DNA from: Candidatus Cloacimonadota bacterium
GTDB taxonomy: Bacteria > Cloacimonadota > Cloacimonadia > JGIOTU-2
Direction of reading: 5' to 3'
Assembly: GCA_049903315.1 (NCBI GenBank)
Contig: JBNGBT010000001.1
Location: 320,001 to 384,000, forward strand
Length of the DNA: 64,000 bases
Both the position numbers and the translations under genes were made by a program. Below are positions 59,119 to 64,000 of this stretch, piece by piece (the first letter of the stretch is position 1; every line of letters begins with the position of its first letter). The notes beneath the pieces are model-generated. The model had not been told where the DNA came from. It saw only the letters and a list, made by a program, of their open reading frames with translations, and ran no database searches.

Positions 59119-60084
59119 ATGAAAACAACAGATATTTTTCATGGAAAACTTTGGCTTGCACCCCTTGCAGGATATACTGATTACGTATATCGTAAAATAT
59201 GCAAACGGTTCGGTGCAGAGGTCGTGCTCTCCGAAATGATCAGTGCAGATGCACTTATTCACAGAAACCGAAAAACGGAAAAACTGGCTGAGTTCGATGA
59301 AACAGACAGACCGATCGGATTGCAGGTATTCAGTAATACTGCTGATAAAATTGTGAAAGGGATTCAACTGCTTCAAAAATTTGAGCCGGATTTCTTTGAT
59401 ATAAATATGGGCTGCCCCATTAAAAAAGTTGTGAAGAACGGTTCCGGCGCTGCACTTCTGAAAAATCCCAAAGAAGTCACCTTAATAGTGCGAAAGACAC
59501 GACAATTATTAAAAGATTTCCTCTTCACAGTCAAAATCAGGATCGGCTGGAATTCCGATGAGCATTTTGATGAAATCGTGAAAATTATTGAAGATGAAGG
59601 AGCGTCTGCAGTTATTATCCATCCCCGCACACGGAGTCAGTTGTTTTCCGGTAAAAGCGACTGGGGTTATATACAGAGAGCAACAGAATTAGTGAAAATT
59701 CCAGTGATCGGAAACGGCGATATACTTACTTCTAAGGACGGAATCCGTATGTTCAAAGAAACCGGTTGTGACTCTGTTATGATTGGGCGGGGAGCACTCG
59801 GGAATCCATGGCTGTTTTCTCAGATCAAAGAAGAAATGGGAAATAAAAAAAGTATTCAACCTGGAATAACAGAGCTAATGAATTTGATGAAAGAGCACCT
59901 GCTGGCAAGTGTGGAATTTTATGGAGAATCAACTGCGATCAAATTGTTCAGAAAGTTTGTTCCCTTTTATACTAAGGGATTGCGCGGCTCATCCCATCTT
60001 CGGGATCAGGTAAACCATCTTCTCTCAAAAAACAAGATTATTGACGTGATAAATTCATTTGAACAGAGTGTATTCAATGGATAA
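59119..60084 (+). CDS. dusB: tRNA-dihydrouridine synthase B
   Basis: LAPLAGYTD, SEMIS, DINMGCP, GSGAALL, TVKIRIGW, HPRT, IGNGDI, VMIGRG..GNPW. Confidence 0.94.
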   Translation: MKTTDIFHGKLWLAPLAGYTDYVYRKICKRFGAEVVLSEMISADALIHRNRKTEKLAEFDETDRPIGLQVFSNTADKIVKGIQLLQKFEPDFFDINMGCPIKKVVKNGSGAALLKNPKEVTLIVRKTRQLLKDFLFTVKIRIGWNSDEHFDEIVKIIEDEGASAVIIHPRTRSQLFSGKSDWGYIQRATELVKIPVIGNGDILTSKDGIRMFKETGCDSVMIGRGALGNPWLFSQIKEEMGNKKSIQPGITELMNLMKEHLLASVEFYGESTAIKLFRKFVPFYTKGLRGSSHLRDQVNHLLSKNKIIDVINSFEQSVFNG

Positions 60085-60958
60085 TCTAATTAAAGCAAAG
60101 CTCCTTGAAGCAGAGCATCATGGCAAAAAAAACTGGCTTCTTGCAGAAGAGATACTGCATGAACTTATTGCTGATCATCCGAACACATTCAAAGCATATG
60201 AGATATTGTATCTCATCTATATGCAGCACGGATTATTCAAAAAAGCAGAAAAGATACTCGTAAAAGGACTTGTTGTTTTTCCGAATAATAATCAATTAAA
60301 TTTTTTGATGGGAAATGTCTATCTCACTCAAAAAGGCAAAGCACATAAAGCATTGGAGTGGTACTTAAAAATTCATATTGAAACTCCAGAAATGCTTTTT
60401 AATAAATCCGTTGCACTTGTGTATCTGGACAGGAGAAAAGAAGCGGTTACCTATTTTAAAGAGATCATGCCGTACTTCAACAACCTTGTTTCAAGTTATA
60501 CATTCCTTGCAGAGCAATATGTAGCGCTCAAAGAATGGGATAATGCAATCTCAGTACTGATAAGTGCAGAAAATAAATTCCCCACAAGTAAAGAAGTAGC
60601 CCTCCTCATCGCAAAATGTTATGATAATAAAAAAAACTGGATCCAGGCATTTATTTATTTCGACAAAGCTGCCCGTTTGGGATATGAAAGTGCGGAGTTT
60701 TTCAATGAATTTGCACATTGCTGCTATAACATGGGTGATATAAAAAAGGCGATCGAACACTATAAAGCAAGCATTCAGAAAAACATATTTTTTATTAAAT
60801 CCTACATCGATCTGAGCAAGATTTATATTGCAGAGAAAGATTTCAACAGCGCGAAGAAATACCTTCATATCGCCCAAAAGATCGATCCGCTCAACATATA
60901 CATCACTCTCGCTTCAGAGCGCTTGCGTAGGATCTTTAACAAGGATGAAAAAAAATAA
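60077..60958 (+). CDS. TPR protein
   Basis: Repeated TPR helix pairs; start placed at ATG 60077. Confidence 0.8.
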   Translation: MDNLIKAKLLEAEHHGKKNWLLAEEILHELIADHPNTFKAYEILYLIYMQHGLFKKAEKILVKGLVVFPNNNQLNFLMGNVYLTQKGKAHKALEWYLKIHIETPEMLFNKSVALVYLDRRKEAVTYFKEIMPYFNNLVSSYTFLAEQYVALKEWDNAISVLISAENKFPTSKEVALLIAKCYDNKKNWIQAFIYFDKAARLGYESAEFFNEFAHCCYNMGDIKKAIEHYKASIQKNIFFIKSYIDLSKIYIAEKDFNSAKKYLHIAQKIDPLNIYITLASERLRRIFNKDEKK

Positions 60959-61854
60959 TGAACAAGAGAATATTAATATTAATTCTTGCACTTTTACTCT
61001 CCGCTTTTATATGGTTTGAGATCAATCTTACAAAAGTACAGAAGGTAGATATACAATTGCCGATTACGATTTCCAATGCTCCTTCCGCGCTGGTGCCCAT
61101 CACAATAGAGCCGGAAACGATAGATTTCACAGTTGAAGGCAGAGGGCAGGATATCATGGGATACAATCTGAAAAAATTTGTGTATCATATTGATCTTAAG
61201 GACGTGCATTACGGAAGAAACTACCTGCCCATTGCCTATGATGCTCTCGAGGGTATTGAGGAATTCAATCTCAATATTTTATACAAACCGCCCTCTAAAG
61301 ATATTCTCATAGTCATGGACAATATGAATACGATGATAATTCCAGTTGTAATGGCGTTTGCGGATGAAGAGAGCCAGCAGTATTTTTTAGAAAACGAACT
61401 TGAGATAAAACCTGAAGAAATTCAAGTAACAGGTCCACAGTCTATTATTACTCAGATCGAAGCGATCGTGACAACACCTTATAATATGATGGATCATGTC
61501 AATGACCCGCATCTGAGTGTTATCCAGCCGCAAGCCCCGATGGTTTCCTATGATACTTATACGTTAGACATCACAAAGATGGAGCCGAAGATCATCCAGA
61601 AGACGATCTCGCTTATCCCGATTGATACATCAGACGGTATCGAGATCTTTCCTTCTTCTGTGAGTATAAAAGTTTCGGGAGAGCAGGAGTTCGTGAGCAT
61701 TCTCGAAGAGAAGGATATATTTGCAAAAGTAGAATTGCCGGACTCTTTCAAAGTTGATGACGTCATACCAGTTACTGTGGAATTACCGGCAGGGATCGAT
61801 CTGCTTGGACAGACTCCCACGCAAGTTCGCATCAAATCGATTCCAAATAAGTAA
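60958..61854 (+). CDS. YbbR/CdaR-like membrane-anchored protein
   Basis: N-terminal TM ending WF; repeats P..I..T/V.G (PETIDFTVEG, PEEIQVTGP, PSSVSIKVSG); VELPAG. Confidence 0.7.
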   Translation: MNKRILILILALLLSAFIWFEINLTKVQKVDIQLPITISNAPSALVPITIEPETIDFTVEGRGQDIMGYNLKKFVYHIDLKDVHYGRNYLPIAYDALEGIEEFNLNILYKPPSKDILIVMDNMNTMIIPVVMAFADEESQQYFLENELEIKPEEIQVTGPQSIITQIEAIVTTPYNMMDHVNDPHLSVIQPQAPMVSYDTYTLDITKMEPKIIQKTISLIPIDTSDGIEIFPSSVSIKVSGEQEFVSILEEKDIFAKVELPDSFKVDDVIPVTVELPAGIDLLGQTPTQVRIKSIPNK

Positions 61855-62870
61855 TGAAAAAGCCCCTTATTCTTGCAATTGAAACGTCATGCGACGATAC
61901 ATCTGCAGCACTTGTCGATGGAAATTGTGATGTACTCTCCAATGTGATATCTTCGCAGGAAGAAGTGCATCTGAAGTATGGGGGAATTGTCCCGGAACTT
62001 GCCTCGCGCGAGCATATCCGCACTCTTATCCCGATCGTGGAAATGGCTCTTGAAAAAGCGAATGTAAATTTACAACAAATAGATGCAATCGCAGTGTCTG
62101 CAAATCCCGGGCTTATCGGCTCTCTGCTTGTGGGGGTTTCATTTGCAAAGGGATTGGCTTTCAGCATGAAGAAACCTCTTATTGCAGTAAATCATATTTT
62201 CGGTCATGTGTTCGCTAATTTTCTGGAGCACAAAGATATTGAATTTCCTTTTTTATCTCTCATTGTATCTGGCGGGCATACGGAGTTGGTGATTTTCTCT
62301 TCACCAGTAGAATACACAATTCTTGGTAAAACTGTGGATGATGCCGCAGGTGAAGCTTTTGATAAGATCGGAAAATTACTTGGACTTCCATACCCGGGAG
62401 GTCCTCATATTGATGCGCTGGCTCGTGATGGCAATAAATCTGCAATTGCATTTCCTCTGCCCATGCTCAGGCACGATAATTTTGATTTCAGTTTCAGTGG
62501 TCTAAAAACCGCTGGCATGCTCTACCTCAAAGACAAGGGTGATTTGGACGACGCTCAAACACATGATTTTACTGCAAGCTTTCAGTATGCGATCGTTGAG
62601 GTACTTCTCCGCAAAACTATCAAAGCACTTGAGGAACATTCATTAAAAACACTCCTGCTCGCAGGTGGAGTTGCTGCAAATTCCGAATTGAGAAGTACTT
62701 TTACAGAGTATTGTAAAGAGCATGACATCAAACTTTTTTATCCATCCGCAGAATATTGTACAGATAATGCAGCTATGATCGGAGCTGCCGCACAGTTCAA
62801 ATATAAAAATAAAAAATTCTCATCCCTCGAACTGAATGCCTCAGCAGTAAAAGGCATGAAAATGTTATGA
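61854..62870 (+). CDS. tsaD: t6A threonylcarbamoyltransferase TsaD
   Basis: LAIETSCDDT, GGIVPELASREH, PGLIGSL, SGGHT, DDAAGEAFDK, FSFSGLKT, GGVAAN, CTDNAAMI. Confidence 0.98.
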   Translation: MKKPLILAIETSCDDTSAALVDGNCDVLSNVISSQEEVHLKYGGIVPELASREHIRTLIPIVEMALEKANVNLQQIDAIAVSANPGLIGSLLVGVSFAKGLAFSMKKPLIAVNHIFGHVFANFLEHKDIEFPFLSLIVSGGHTELVIFSSPVEYTILGKTVDDAAGEAFDKIGKLLGLPYPGGPHIDALARDGNKSAIAFPLPMLRHDNFDFSFSGLKTAGMLYLKDKGDLDDAQTHDFTASFQYAIVEVLLRKTIKALEEHSLKTLLLAGGVAANSELRSTFTEYCKEHDIKLFYPSAEYCTDNAAMIGAAAQFKYKNKKFSSLELNASAVKGMKML

Positions 62871-63991
62871 TATTTTTCTCTGTGCTGTATGGGCTGACAG
62901 CTCTGTATTGCTTGTTCCTTTTATTCCTTATTGTGGGAACCTTCAGAGTCAACGGGAAAATTTCTTCGAGAAAAAAAAATCATTTTATCTCAGTAATTAT
63001 TGCAGCCCGGAATGAAGCCAAGCATTTGTCATCTCTGCTGAAAAATTTACTTAAGCAGGAATATCCTCAAGACAAATATGAGATCATCATTGTGAATGAC
63101 CGCTCCACAGATAAGACAGAGTATATTCTTGAGAATTTTTCTAAAAAATATTCCCGTATTAAATACATTTCTATTAAAGATGAGATTCCCGGACTTGTCG
63201 GGAAGAAGCGCGCTCTTACCGAAGGAATTAACAATGCGCAGGGAGAAATTCTTCTCTTTACAGATGCCGATTGCAGACCAGGGAAATTCTGGCTGAGTTC
63301 TATGAATAAAGTATTTTCACGCGGATTTGATGTAGTGGTTGGGTACTCTCCATTGGTTTGTAAAAATAAAGGTTTCATGAAAAAGCTCATCTGCATGTTA
63401 AAAAAACTCGAACGGCTTGCCATGTTCACCTTATCTGCAGGCAGCATCGGGTGGAATTGGGGTATTACTGCGACCGGCAGGAACTTTGCTTACAAAAAGA
63501 ATGTGTTTGAATCACTCGGAGGATTTGAAGGAATCGGGCATATACCCTCCGGCGACGACGACCTCTTTCTGCAGAAGATAAGCAAAAGCCATTCGCACAA
63601 ACTCGGATTTGCTACTCATGCGGAAAGCTTCATGCCTTCCATCGAACAAAAGTCCGGTTCACAAACCTTCCAGCAGGAAAAAAGACGCGGCTCTAAGTGG
63701 CGATATTATCCCGCACTTATTAAATTCGTTTCACTCCTTGCCTTTATTTTTCTTTTTTCTCTAGTCGTATTTTTCATTCTTGCCTGCACCAGTATTTTGC
63801 CATGGAGAGTGTTTCTCATTGCCTTTCTCTCAAAAAGTGCATTTGATTTGCTTATACTTCTGCGGGGTACCACGATCTTCAGGGAATATGGCTCATTGCT
63901 TGTTTTTCCGTTTGTAGAAGTGCTGTATGCGCCGTATTTTGTCGTGTTCGGGCTGCTTGGCACCTTTGGGAAATATAAGTGGAAAATGTGA
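62867..63991 (+). CDS. Family 2 glycosyltransferase, membrane-bound
   Basis: SVIIAARNE, VNDRSTD, GKKRAL, TDADC, SGDDDL, QEKRRG; flanking TM segments. Confidence 0.92.
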   Translation: MIFFSVLYGLTALYCLFLLFLIVGTFRVNGKISSRKKNHFISVIIAARNEAKHLSSLLKNLLKQEYPQDKYEIIIVNDRSTDKTEYILENFSKKYSRIKYISIKDEIPGLVGKKRALTEGINNAQGEILLFTDADCRPGKFWLSSMNKVFSRGFDVVVGYSPLVCKNKGFMKKLICMLKKLERLAMFTLSAGSIGWNWGITATGRNFAYKKNVFESLGGFEGIGHIPSGDDDLFLQKISKSHSHKLGFATHAESFMPSIEQKSGSQTFQQEKRRGSKWRYYPALIKFVSLLAFIFLFSLVVFFILACTSILPWRVFLIAFLSKSAFDLLILLRGTTIFREYGSLLVFPFVEVLYAPYFVVFGLLGTFGKYKWKM

Positions 63992-64000
63992 AATTCAAAG

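Overview
Bacterial chromosomal window, AT-rich and from a diderm (lpxK, Omp85, PorV). The many secreted proteins ending in an FlgD-Ig/T9SS-type C-terminal domain (IYNxKGxLVR...W.G.D..G..V..G.Y.Y) suggest an FCB-group organism, most likely Cloacimonadota; this is inferred, not confirmed. Most genes are housekeeping (lspA, pnp-type punA, divIVA, tdk, cobO-nrdJ, lemA, lpxK, mutS, rho, tsaB/tsaD, truA, smc, udk, xerC, queC, dusB), plus tRNA-Val(GAC) and tRNA-Leu(CAA). There is also a T9SS-like envelope cluster and REP-like or heptamer repeats, one set lying in frame inside a gene. The standout is an accessory locus at about 27.9-30.6 kb. An ECF-type sigma factor with a C-terminal extension lies divergent from a roughly 300-bp tandemly duplicated unit that carries a conserved promoter-like box (GTCACA-N16-GATATATA with phased A-tracts). 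The locus encodes three paralogous micropeptides (MTIKRxxDGNGGEYxVIxSxGKVFLGHE) that differ mainly at synonymous sites, a small secreted protein whose C-terminus carries the same motif, and a stand-alone receiver protein. This is a candidate undescribed peptide/ECF signalling system. Other notable items are a HAL paralog with Ala-Cys-Gly in place of the MIO-forming Ala-Ser-Gly, and a TPR lipoprotein packed with D-(S/T)-hydrophobic O-glycosylation-like sequons. All calls come from reading motifs by eye; no database searches were run.
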